Below, one piece after another: positions 36,664-47,307 of a stretch of 47,307 nucleotides of DNA. Position 1 is the stretch's first letter. Each line of letters starts with the position of its first letter. The notes under the pieces were generated by a model, which made no database searches, was not told where the DNA came from, and worked only from the letters and a program-made list of their open reading frames with translations. The stretch lies in the NCBI RefSeq assembly GCF_004010195.1, contig NC_057758.1, forward strand, positions 4,966,702-5,014,008, written 5' to 3'. The position numbers and the translations under genes are program-made. This stretch comes from Chiloscyllium plagiosum. Its lineage: Eukaryota.

Positions 36664-36867
36664 CTGAAAATGTGTTGCTGGAAAAATGCAGCAGGTCGGG
36701 CAGCATCCAATGAGCAGGAGAATCGACGTTTCGGGCATGAGCCTGAAGAAGGGCTTATGTCTGAAACGTCGATTCTCCTGCTCCATGGATGCTGCCTGAC
36801 CTTCTGCGTTTTTCCAGCAACACATTTTCAGCTCTGATCTCAAGCATCTGCAGTCCTCACTTTCTCC
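36664..36867 (+). mobile_element. Palindromic Penelope-derived insertion with a hammerhead core
   Basis: Arms aaaatgtgttgctggaaaa..cgacgtttc / gaaacgtcg..ttttccagcaacacatttt. CTGAAGA-A-GGGC-TTAT-GTCT-GAAA-CGTC at 36743-36770. TSD TTATTAGA(T/C)TACGG at 36650-36663 and 36868-36881. Confidence 0.85.
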
Positions 36868-37124
36868 TTATTAGACTACGGGGAAATTAACTAGTCTTAT
36901 GGGAGAGAATTTAAATTAATTTGATAGAAGTTTGAGCACCAAAGTATAATGTTAAAAAAAAGAAACTGGCTGCATAGAGAACTGAGTGATAATTAATTAA
37001 GTGGGGTCACAGAAAATTTAAGAAATTCTCAGTTTATTTGGGGTGCTTATGTGTGAACTTGCAGTGTGAGGTTCAGAAGATTGATTGATTAAGTGCTGTC
37101 AACTTGCAGGTAGTGGTGTCTCAC

Positions 37125-37610
37125 CAGAGCGAAGGACACGATACCCAGCATGAGCAAAACTAATATAGTGTACAAAATTCCATGCAAGGACTGCACAAAA
37201 CACTATATAGGACAAACAGGAAGACGGCTAACGACCCGCATCCATGAACATCAACTAGCCATGAAACGCCTCGACCAGCTATCCTTAGTAGCCACACACG
37301 CAGACGACAAGCAACATGAATTCGACTGGGACAACACTACCATTATAGGGCAAGCCAAACAAAGAACAGCCAGGGAATTCCTAGAAGCATGGCACGCATC
37401 CACAAACTCCAACAACAAACACATAGACCTGGACCCAATATACCGGCCACCACAGCGGACAGCTGAAACTGACAACCGGAAGCAGCAGGGACAGGCCACT
37501 ATAAATGCCGGAGGAAACACCACAGAAGCGCTTCACAGGAGGATGTCACCTAGACAGGGGACGAAAAGTTTGCAACAAAAATTTCCAGCTCGGCGAACAG
37601 TACCATAACA
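37125..37610 (+). mobile_element. 5'-truncated Penelope-like element with an open GIY-YIG endonuclease frame
   Basis: ORF 37150-37608: NIVYKIPCKDCTKHYIGQTGRRLTTRIHEH...REFLEAWH..NSNN (VY-YIG, CxxC, catalytic R/E/N). The hammerhead CTGA is removed by an internal deletion near 37540. Confidence 0.92.
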
Positions 37611-38374
37611 TTATTGACACCATTAAGAATTTATTTCATAGCTCAATATTCAGATAGCAGACGGTAAGAGCTGGTGAAGTATATCCTGGAATTGGTAGTA
37701 GTGAACATTCAGAATGTTCAGTGTATTGAGTCAGCAATAAGCTCATGGTCAAAGGAATCACTACAGTTTCGATTCATCGGTAACACCCGCATTTATTGAC
37801 CAGTGACAGGATGGAGTCAGAGAAAGTGATTGGACGTTATAACCAGAGCAGAAGACAGTGGCCTCCAAGCTCCCATTTTCTTTTCAAAACGATAAGGGCA
37901 GTGATTAAATGAACTGTGGTTCACAGCTGGATCTGAGATGATCAATAGAGAGACAGACAAGGGAATGTGCCAGAAGCAAAGAGAAAGAGAGTGAACGAAT
38001 AAGTTCATGGATGCAGTTAGCCGCGATTTATAGAGTGAATATCTGGATTCAGCGTCTCAAACTGAATGTTAACAGTACCAAGGAGGGTAGGGAAAATGTA
38101 AAGAACAATAATACAGTTATACATTGTTGATAGAAATAAAAACTGCACTTTGAGTCTGAGCAGGCACACCAATAATCCAGTATAGGACAATGAAAATATT
38201 CAATAATGCAAAGTGTATGTTGGATCCGCCAATATCATGACCATCAATCAAACTGTGTAAAATGATAGGAAACATTCCAGTGTAAGTTCCTGCCCATTTA
38301 CTCCTACATGTCAGTCTAATATTCTCAGATTCTGGTCTCTACTATCTTTCTCTCTGGACGTGCTGATCTCTGTT

Positions 38375-38629
38375 GTTGTGGTTCTGTTCGCCGAGCTGGA
38401 AGTTTTTGTTGCAAACGTTTCGTCCGCTGAAAACTGACAACCGGAAGCGGCAGGGACAGACCACTATAAACACCAGAGGAAACATCAAAGAAGCGCTTCG
38501 CGGGAGGCTCCTAAGCACTGATGATGTCGCCTAGCCAGGGGACGAAACGTTTGCAACAAAAGCTTCCAGCTCGGCGAACAGAACCACAACAAGGAGCACC
38601 CGAGCTACAAATCTTCGCACAAACTTTGA
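38375..38629 (+). mobile_element. Short Penelope insertion with an inverted 5' terminal fragment
   Basis: 38372-38424 is the reverse complement of the 3' terminal region. Perfect 15-bp TSD GTGCTGATCTCTGTT at 38360-38374 and 38630-38644. Same family as 37125-37610. Confidence 0.92.
38503..38567 (+). ncRNA. Minimal type I hammerhead ribozyme motif
   Basis: GCA(38515-17)/TGC(38552-54); CTGATGA 38518-24; stem II GTCGCCT-AGCC-AGGGGAC; GAAA 38544-47; ACGT stem III; distal stem I GGAGGCT/AGCTTCC. Confidence 0.82.
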
Positions 38630-39689
38630 GTGCTGATCTCTGTTAGTACCGTAGATGATGCTCCGACTAAAACTATGGAATAACACATTGTTTGGAGCTT
38701 ATTTACCAGTAAACATGAAAACCCTCCACTTGGAAAATTAGAATCCATTAGAATCCATGACTAAATCATCAAAAAGAGGTTCAGGTAACCCAGTTCTTAC
38801 ATTATTATTTATGTTACAACAAAAGGAAACAATTACTCAGTTTCCATGGAATGGACGAGGGTTGCTGTAATATTAACCATCCATTACTCAATCTAATTGA
38901 TCTTTCTTCCCTGTCTGTGAGAGTACTGTCGGAACACTACAGGGTTGTAGATGTACCCGCCCACTCCAGCCTCCTCCGTTTATAAAACAGGAATTAAACA
39001 ACAGGCCAACTTCATAAAAAAGACTGCTGGGGAAATTTCGAGTGACCATAAACCAAGGTAACAATATTTATTGGCCAATGACTTTGTGTAATGCTGCTCC
39101 CAGTTTTAAGTGCCCTGTTATCAAAGTCTTTCATAACTCTGAGACATCATTCACTTCATTGAAACCGCTGATCATGAAAAGGGGGAATCAAATCTTCCTC
39201 ATATGCCTGGTACAGAGGGATAGGAGAAGGGCATTCAGCCCACAAAGGACTGCTGCAACTTGAAGAGATGGAAAGCTGAATCGTTACCACATTTTGCAAA
39301 AGAAACCATTCAAAGCATAGAGAACTGTTACTGCAACTACACAAGGTGTTACTGAAAGGACGCGTGGAGCAAATTTTGTTGTTTGCATTTCTGAGAAGGA
39401 ATGGACCTCCATCAGAAACAGTTTACTGGTTGCTCATACTGCACGTCTTGCTGTCTCATTTAATGTTTTGAGCCTGTTTCAGAGGCTAGGAGGACGCTAT
39501 TCAGTCAATAAAACTGTGACAGAGAGACAGGACGGGGCCATTCAGCCTCTCGCTTGTGTTATACGTGAATTGAAGGAGGCCATTCAGCCTCTTGCGCCTT
39601 TTACACAGGAACAGAAGGAAGTATTTCTGTTTTTAGTGTCTGCTACACTGCAACAATTAATTTAAGAAAGTTATGGAAAAGGATAAACC

Positions 39690-41110
39690 TCATGTAAACG
39701 TTGAAGTTCTAAATTGGAGGAAGTCCAATTCTGAACTCATTCGGCATGCACTTTGAAAAGCTGATTGAAAGAGACATTTTGCAGGTAAAGGGACGTTTAT
39801 CATTATGAACCGTGAAAATACCGTGTGTTGCTGGTAGGAAGAAGGACAAGAATGGTAGGTGTCGGAAAATCTGAATACATGGAGAAATGTGGCTAACGTC
39901 AAGCAAAAGCAGGAAGCATATGACATGTATAGACATCTGGGATCAAGTGACTCCCCAGCGAAGTATAAAAACATTAGAACTATAGTCAAAAGGGCGAAAA
40001 GGGGACATGAGACCGCTTTGGTAAAATCCAAAGATATTCTACAAATATGTAAAGAAAACAAAGGGCAATAAGTAGAGAATAGGGCTCTTTAATGATGAAC
40101 AAGTCGTCTATGTGTGGAACCACCAGAAATGGGTGAGATACTAAAGAAATATTTTGTGTCAGTATATACTGGGAAGAAAGATATAGAAGGTGGATAACTC
40201 GGAAAAAGAAATAGTGATGTTCTCACAAGGCTCCATATTACAGAGTAGATGGCGCTGGATGTCTGAAAATGTCATAAAGAACGACAAATCTCCGGGAGCC
40301 AATCGACGGTGTACTGGAACGCTGTGAAAAGCTGGAGAAGTGATTGCTATGCACCTTGCAGATATATGTGTGTCATTGATGACCACGGGGGAGATGTTTG
40401 ACGACTGAAGGATGGCTGGAATTGGGGTTAAGAAAGGTGTTCAGAAAAAGCCAGGAAACAGAGATCAGTGAGCGTGTCGTCAGTGACAGGCAATCTATTG
40501 GAGGGGATTCCAAAGAATTTGATTTTTTAAAATGTTTTTGGAAAGGCAATTGCCGTTTTGGAATAGCCAACATGGCGTTGTACGTTGGACATCATGTCTT
40601 TCATCCTCGTTGTTTTTTTTGAAGAAGTGACAAATACAATTGATGAATGCAGAGTGCTAAATATGATCTGCACAGACTTCATTAGCCGTTCGATAAGGCT
40701 GCTCATGTTAGATTGTTTAGCACAGTCATATCACACGGAATGCAGGGGAGGCGAGCCATTTGGATACTGAACTGGCTCGAAGGTAGGAGAACAGGCCGTT
40801 TTGGTGAAGAGTAATATTACAAACTGGAGGCTTCTTCCAAGCACTGTGCCCCAAGGATTCGTGCTGGCTCCACTATTTTTTCGAAATTTACATAAATGGC
40901 TTGGATTTGAATGAAGGAGTTATGGTTTCCAAGTTTACGGACAACATCACAAATGGAAGTGCAGTCAACAACGATGAAGGTTGGCACAGAGTAAAAAGGG
41001 ACCTTGATCAGATGGGCAGAAGATGGACAGATTGAGTTTATTTCAGATAAATGTGAGTTTTGCATTTTGCTATGGCACATCGGAGCTACATTTAGAGGTA
41101 GTGTTCTGGG
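39690..41110 (+). mobile_element. Decayed CR1/HER1-type LINE ORF2
   Basis: VLNWRK, DKSPG, VPQGFVLAP, SKFTDN (FADD-like) and DKCEFLHF motifs appear in the expected order. Confidence 0.85.
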
Positions 41111-41294
41111 AAGTACTTCCAAGACAGAAACTTTCATCAAAGTTATAGAACCACTGCAGAGTTGAACCATGCGCTTTGGCCAGTTGGATTTACACTGACT
41201 GTCCAAAGAGTATCCGACCTGACACACCCACAGCTTGTTTCTGAAACCCTGCCTTTCTCTCAGCTCAACACGGGATACTGCAGGCAATTAAACA

Positions 41295-41476
41295 ACGCCA
41301 ATGCACCTAAACTCCACATCTTTGGACTGTGAGAGTTAATTAGAACATCCAGAGGAAAACCACGCAGATACGTTCGAGAATATGCAAGCTCCACACAGAC
41401 AATCGCTGGAGGGTGGAATCGAACGCTGGTCCTTGATACTATGAGGCAGCAGTGCAAACCAAGCAGACATCGTGCC
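41295..41476 (-). mobile_element. Decayed HE1-like SINE
   Basis: Reverse complement matches the SINE core (ctgtgtggagcttgcatattctc..tctgcgtggttttcctctgg..cacagtccaaagatgtg). Confidence 0.8.
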
Positions 41477-41602
41477 ATCCAAGTGATTCTCAGAGACTGA
41501 ATGCACTCTCCCACTTTCTCCGCAAGCCTCACATATTTTCAAATGGTATCGAATTCCAGTGGGGTTATTGTGGTTCTGTTCGCCGAGCTGAAAGTTTGTG
41601 TT

Positions 41603-41642
41603 GCAAACGTTTCGTCCCCTGGCTAGGCGACATCATCAGTGC
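41603..41642 (-). ncRNA. Minimal type I hammerhead ribozyme motif (inverted copy)
   Basis: Exact reverse complement of 41666-41705. Confidence 0.8.
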
Positions 41643-41665
41643 TTGGGAGCCTCCGAGGCTCCCAA

Positions 41666-41705
41666 GCACTGATGATGTCGCCTAGCCAGGGGACGAAACG
41701 TTTGC
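41666..41705 (+). ncRNA. Minimal type I hammerhead ribozyme motif
   Basis: GCA-CTGATGA(41669-75)-T-GTCGCCT-AGCC-AGGGGAC-GAAA-CGT-T-TGC. Confidence 0.82.
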
Positions 41706-42019
41706 AACAAAAACTTCCAGCTCGGCGAACAGAACCACAACAACGAGCACCCGAGCTACAAATCTTCGCACAAACTTTGAAAACTTACGTCCAGTGGGGT
41801 ATCTTCGAAATGACATCTTTTTCCCTTACCTGAGAATTCCACCCCCTTTCAATCTCTGGTGGAATGGGACTTTAGCTGTGACTATTCTATCTTCTGCACC
41901 TCGACCACATCCCCTCCTTCCCATATCAAGTCGTCTATTGATACTGTATGCAAAATGCTTAAATTACTAAATTACAACAAGGAAGTGCAGGTGCTGGAGA
42001 TCTGAAACAAAATCTCTTC

Positions 42020-42296
42020 TGATGCAAAGTCTCAGATTTGAAATGTTGGCTCCGCTTTTTTTCTACAGATGCTGCCAGACTTCCTGCGTTTCATCAGCAA
42101 CTTCTGTATTTGCATATCTCATTTCCTGTTTAACACTTGTACAAAATTTGCCCTGCAGTGATGCAAAGTCTCAGATTTGAAATGTTGGCTCCGTTTTTTT
42201 TTACAGATGCTGCCAGACTTCCTGCGTTTCATCAGCAACTTCTGTATTTGCATATCTCATTTCCTGTTTAACACTTGTACAAAATTTGCCCTGCAG
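42020..42296 (+). repeat. ~139-bp tandem duplication (2 copies)
   Basis: 42020-42158 repeated at 42159-42296. Confidence 0.95.
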
Positions 42297-43994
42297 TTTT
42301 GACTTCGATATATCACTCTCACCAACATTTGCTTCTTCCTGCTATTTATAAGCTTCGGCGAAACTGATTCTGTCCCAGCTGAGCGACGTTGACTTTGGTG
42401 AGTTTCATTGTAGATTCAGCGAGATGTTTCTTGAGGCCTTTTCTTGATGTTAAGGTATCCTCTCTGACTCGTGTTCGTTCCTCTCAAGGGGAGTAGTGAG
42501 ACTCTCCATGGGTCTCCCCTAACGCTGGCGGAATGGAGAAAGACAATGATATCCCTACACTGCTGTACATTCGTCCCGATGGTTGAGACTGCTCTCACCT
42601 AGATGACCACTCCAGTGCTGGCAACCATGGTACTGTCTCATGGTCTCCATTCCTGATCCTGGGAAAGGGGATATCCTGCTCGTGACTGGAGCCATCCAGG
42701 AAGTGCTCGATGCCCATTCCCATAATACGGGTTTGGATAGGGCAGCTATTTCACACTGACTGAAAAGTGCAGGATCAGAGCCAAGGGCTGTCCAGGATAG
42801 CTCTGCACGGACGGTGCTTGCCCCAGTGCAGTTTATGTTTTAAAAGATGGCACTGATTCTGGGAAGCTGATTAATTCCAGCTTCTACGGTGAGTGGGGAG
42901 TTGCTCTGGAAATGAAGTGCAGTGAGACATGGTAGAAATGCAACATGATTCGCACTGTGAGTGCTCGAACGGCAATTAAGTGGGAAAGTTGGTCAGATCC
43001 CGTCAGCCTCACGGTCTAAATCTCTCCTGAGGATCGAGTCAACTGGTACTTTGTTGAATCACCGATCTACCCCACCTCCTCTCCATTTTTGTACAATACT
43101 CCAAAAGGTAAAATCGTTTGACAGTTTGTTCCCAATTTCGGTCACCTTGTAGCTACGTCTCTCTAATATCATAAAGTCATATCCAATTTCGTCAATTGAA
43201 CTGCTCAAATGTTTTTGAGAATACAACATATATTGAGATAGAATGTGTGTAATTCAACTTTTTGAACCATTATTCCTTGCTTCATGGTTGCCTTTATTCC
43301 TGACTTTGACAGTTCAAGAGACAGTCTGACATCATCATACTCTCAGAATTAGACATGATGGGAAATGTTTCGTGTAGCAACATCGCCGTCGCTGGGTTTA
43401 TCCTGTCCCACCGGCAGGAGAGAACCACCAGTGATGGTGGCATCCTGGTATACCGTGGTATACCGTGTTATGCTGAAATTCTGCAATGTTGATTCCAGAA
43501 CCCCAGATATCTCATGTTTTACAGTTCAAAGATTGGTCAATGAAATCGCTTGATGAAGGACATTAACTGCCATCTGAACCACCCCTCCGTGATAATTCAG
43601 TTCTCCTCGATGTTGGAAACAGATCAGAGAAAGCATTGAGAGTGACAAGGACACGAAATATACTCTGGATGTGATAGCTCAGTGTCAATCATCAAGCTTT
43701 CTCCACAGGCTCACCACTGACTGAGCAGGTCGAGACAGCAAATGCAGAGCAACCAGACTTTGGAAGTGATAGGCGTACCGATAAGAGAGAAACATTTTCA
43801 ATAAACTAATTGTCACAGACGATATGTCCCTAACAGCATCTGTCTGAGCACCCAACACACAGTCATGGCGGAGGTAACGTCTCAGCCTCATTTTGAAAAT
43901 ACGACCCATGCTATTATGTAGCACAGCCTCCTGCGAAGTATGACGTACCTCTAATGCTTCCAGCAAATGAAAACTAGGCATCCATGAGGCACTG

Positions 43995-44075
43995 TGGGCC
44001 ATCATCAGCTGCAGCATCAAAGGCATTCCCTCCATCATAAAGTCTGAAGTGGGTTGTTCGCTGAAGATTCCAAAA
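43995..44075 (+). mobile_element. Small LINE RT fragment
   Basis: Reads ..SCSIKGIPSIIKSEVG(L)FAED, resembling the CFINDLP..MFADD region of RT. Confidence 0.5.
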
Positions 44076-45139
44076 TCTTCAGTACAATTCAAAACTACAC
44101 CTATATTGAAACAGCCGATTCAGTCATCAATGGTTTTAAACAAGGACAGAACAAGGCCATTTAGCCATTCGAACCCATTTCCCAAATATTAGAGCGGACC
44201 TTTTAATCTTTTGTGCTGGTTACCCAGGCAACGGCAAGGAGCAATCAGCCTTTCAAAGCTGCTACACAGGAATATGAGGAGCAAGGGCTAATGAACTAGA
44301 AGCAGGAATAAATTATGGATAAAGCAGTCTTTGTCGGTTTAACAGAAATGAAGGATTGCAGTATTACAATGACCAGTGCTGGGTCCTCAAACTTCTTCCA
44401 ATTATATCAATGGTTCCGATGAATGGTACAGAACATAATGAAGTGAGACTTTTAAATGTTCAATCATATGAATGAGAACTAAAAATGCATTATTGGTTCA
44501 ACCGAAATGGTTAGTTATGTCGCATTATTAATCCACCACACAGATCAAGTCCAGGCACCATAAACCCAGGGATGATATCAGTTCAACACAGGGCAGAGCG
44601 TCGACCACTGCTCTGTCCAACCGTCAATCTGCCCAGAGTTTTCGACTGCACAACCTACTGCAATGACTCAATCTATAATCCATGACTAGATATTTATACT
44701 GTATCAGGAAAAATGCTGGCCACAGTAGCACATTTATATCCAGACAACCCGGAGTGAAGAATTTTGGAAGAAATTGAGATGAATTTTATTACACTTTCTC
44801 TAACGTTCAATGTTTTTGTACTATTCCAAAATATACTGGGAAAGGAGTAACAAGTCCAGAAACAAACCATGTGGTAGCATACGGACCACCAGTGGGCATG
44901 CTCATCTTCCTCTGTTAATATTAAGGAATTGCAAGAATCGAGCTGCACTGAGTCTTCAACGTCAATCTTTGCTGAACGAAACAGCCGTGAAATGATCAGG
45001 ATCGGGGATGCTCCAGCCGGAGATCCTCTGCTCCGTCCATTCTGTTTCTTTGTCTTCTGCTTTTCTCTTTTCCAGAGTGCTATCTTTAAAATTCTAACCT
45101 TTAATTTTTACTCAGAAAGGAATAAAGAAATCAAGCTCA

Positions 45140-45500
45140 GGGGGACAAGTCCTGGAGATGAGTCACAGACTGGAGGCTGGTGCGGGGACTGGAGGAGTGG
45201 AAATGAATCCCAAACCAGATGGTGGTTCGAGAGGTAAGTGCTCGTGATGAGTCCCGGACCAGATGCTGGTGTGGGGAGGAAGATGCTCGTGGTGAATTGC
45301 GGACCAGAGGCTGGTGTGGGGTGGCAAATCCCAGAAGCGTATCCCAGAGTAGAGGCTGGTACAAGAGGCAAGTCACGGAGGTGAGGCCCAGGCCGGAATC
45401 TGGCGTTGGGAAAGAGTCCCAGAACGAAGACTGGTGTGGGAAATGACTCCCGGACTGGGAACTGGAACAGGATATGAGTCCCAACTGGAGACTGGCACGG
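45140..45500 (+). repeat. Degenerate G-rich minisatellite (gagtccc..ga..gctggtgtggg units)
   Basis: Recurrent atgagtccc / ggctggtgtggg motifs about every 30-40 bp. Confidence 0.7.
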
Positions 45501-46254
45501 TGAGGCGAGGTATGAAAATTTTGAAGTCTGAATTTATGCGAAGATATGGCCTGGTGCAGTCTCGAGTCTCAATGGTGGCACATATTGTGGTGAGAAGAGT
45601 TTAAGTCGAGTCTGTTGTTTACTCCTTTATATTTATATGCTGGACTTCCATTGTTTATTCGTTCAATTTTGTTTAAATTCTTAACAATCTGTATCTAGTT
45701 GTCTTTTACCTAAAGTTGCACCATAGGTGATGGCATTATAAACGTTTCAATGCACTCATTAGAGTACTCGTGACAATATAGCCAATTCAATTCAAATGGA
45801 AGAGAGTCACTGTGTTTGATGCATTTTGCAAACAAAGCGGCTGCTTGTGCAGTTACACCACGTGTCCAGCAAAGGGTAGTATTACATCACTTTAAACACG
45901 AGAAAGAGAGAGACAGGAGGAGAGAGAGTGACAGTGTCAATGAATATTTTGATCGCCATATCAATGTATTCACTCCCGAAACAATAGCAAAGCAATTGCA
46001 CAGAGTTACACTCACAGAGGAGCACATTGATAAAGTAGAGTGCATACACAATGACACAGGCAAATACACTTTGACACACACACACGTAAACACACAGATA
46101 TCTGCACGCATTCAGTTCCTGAAGCCTGTCTTGCCATCCAATAACATCATGTCACATGAAATCCAGGCCTCAACTTTATTTCGTCTTTTGAAATATGGCA
46201 GGCAAGGTTAGGCCAGTGGCCGTAATTCGATTTGCATGAAATTAGTCTGGGAAA

Positions 46255-47307
46255 GGACAGGACTGGTCCAGAAGTGAAAGTTATACATTGGGCAAGGTAA
46301 ATTTTGATTATGTTCGGTAGAAAATTTCCAAAAATGTTTGCAGAAGCTGCTGCAGACAAACCGTATACTAGAAAGTGGGAGTCTTTGATAAGCAGGATAA
46401 GGGGAGTTCAGGGACATCACACTCCTGTATATGTGAAGGGCAATACAGGCAGAAGTATAGAACAGTACACGACAGGGGATATAGAGACTCTATCAAGAAG
46501 TAAAAAAAGAATTAGGACAATTTCAGGTGAAAGCAACAGGGATCAAGTCAATCCGTTGAGGAGCATACGGCGTTAGGAGTACAGTTACAACGGAAATCAG
46601 GAGGGCAAAGTGGGGGTATGAGATAGCTTTTCAAAAAGCCTGAGGAGAATCGAAAGGGATTTGAAAATTATGTAAGGGCAAAAGAGAAATTTCTGGTGAA
46701 TAGGTTCAGTTTAAAATCAAAAAGCCATCTAGGTGTGAATCCTCAGGAAATGAATTAGGTTCATTAGTTTTATTGTCATATACCCACATGAATACAGTAA
46801 AATGTTTGCAAGTCGCCACCCGTGACACAACTTTACGTTCAAAGGTACGCCCAGGTACACGATCTTTTTACAAAGCAAAAAAAGGCAACAAAGTCAAAAT
46901 ATAACGCATTGCACTTCTTCCAGTAATTAAGGAAAAACAAAGAAACACAGTTAACCGTTCAAAAACATAGTCCATATGCATCTGGGCATGCTGGGTTCAC
47001 AATTCTCACACAGGCTCGACATGCTCTATCCCCTGCCTGAGAGGTTGCTCCTGCTAGATAGGTGAGATCCTCCACAAATATATTGGTCAGTGTTTACCGT
47101 GTAAGAATACTTGGAAGCGAGGGAACGTCGATTCTCCTGCTTCTCGAACATCGCTGATCTGCTGTGATCTCCAGTATCTGCAGTCCTCACTATCTCCCTA
47201 TGCAATGCTGTCGAACAGAGAGACTTAGGGTTGCAGATGCATAGTTCTTTAAAATTGGCATCACAGCTAGATATGGCAGTGAAGAAGGCGTAAGATATGT
47301 TTGCCTT
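46255..47307 (+). mobile_element. Fragmented CR1/HER1-type LINE, interrupted at ~46760-47060 and by a PLE end fragment at ~47123-47198
   Basis: gtgaaagttatacattgggcaaggtaaatttt, gaaatcaggagggcaaag, gtgagatcctc..cagtgtttac and RDLGLQMHSSLKLASQLDMAVKKA. aacgtcgattctcctgct..tctgcagtcctcact matches 36765-36862. Confidence 0.75.

Larger units (their letters stand above)
41564..41780. mobile_element. Palindromic Penelope mini-insertion with hammerheads on both strands
   Basis: 90-bp arms 41564-41653 / 41655-41744 with a 1-nt spacer and 3 mismatches. Flanking direct repeat TCCAGTGGGGT at 41555-41565 and 41790-41800. Confidence 0.92.

Noticed and set aside
43448..43468. GGTATACCGT repeated twice with a palindromic core
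   Set aside because: A 10-bp slippage duplication with no supporting context.
45140..45500. CRISPR-like repeat/spacer pattern
   Set aside because: The units are degenerate, there are no unique spacers or cas genes, and the context is vertebrate.

Overview
This is vertebrate genomic DNA, most likely from a cartilaginous fish (shark). That assignment is inferred from HE1-like tRNA-derived SINEs, HER1/CR1-type LINEs and the type of receptor gene. The window has three N gaps. One intact gene is supported: a two-exon class A GPCR on the + strand (exon 1 11106-11175, phase-1 GT-AG intron, exon 2 12782-13692, 326 aa) resembling the GPR139/GPR142-like orphan receptors. Most of the rest is decayed retroelements: CR1-type LINE fragments, SINEs, two Ty3/gypsy elements, and several Penelope-like elements (PLEs). 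Both gypsy elements have integrase upstream of RT (Gmr1-type order). The most striking non-coding signal is a set of minimal type I hammerhead ribozyme motifs in the PLE 3' ends. They occur in four sequence subfamilies whose stems differ yet still pair, several sit in short palindromic insertions bounded by target-site duplications, and one insertion carries an intact-looking hammerhead on each strand. A diverged ~3.1-3.3 kb direct duplication flanks the 500-N gap. All calls were made by eye, with no database searches, and boundaries of decayed repeats are approximate.
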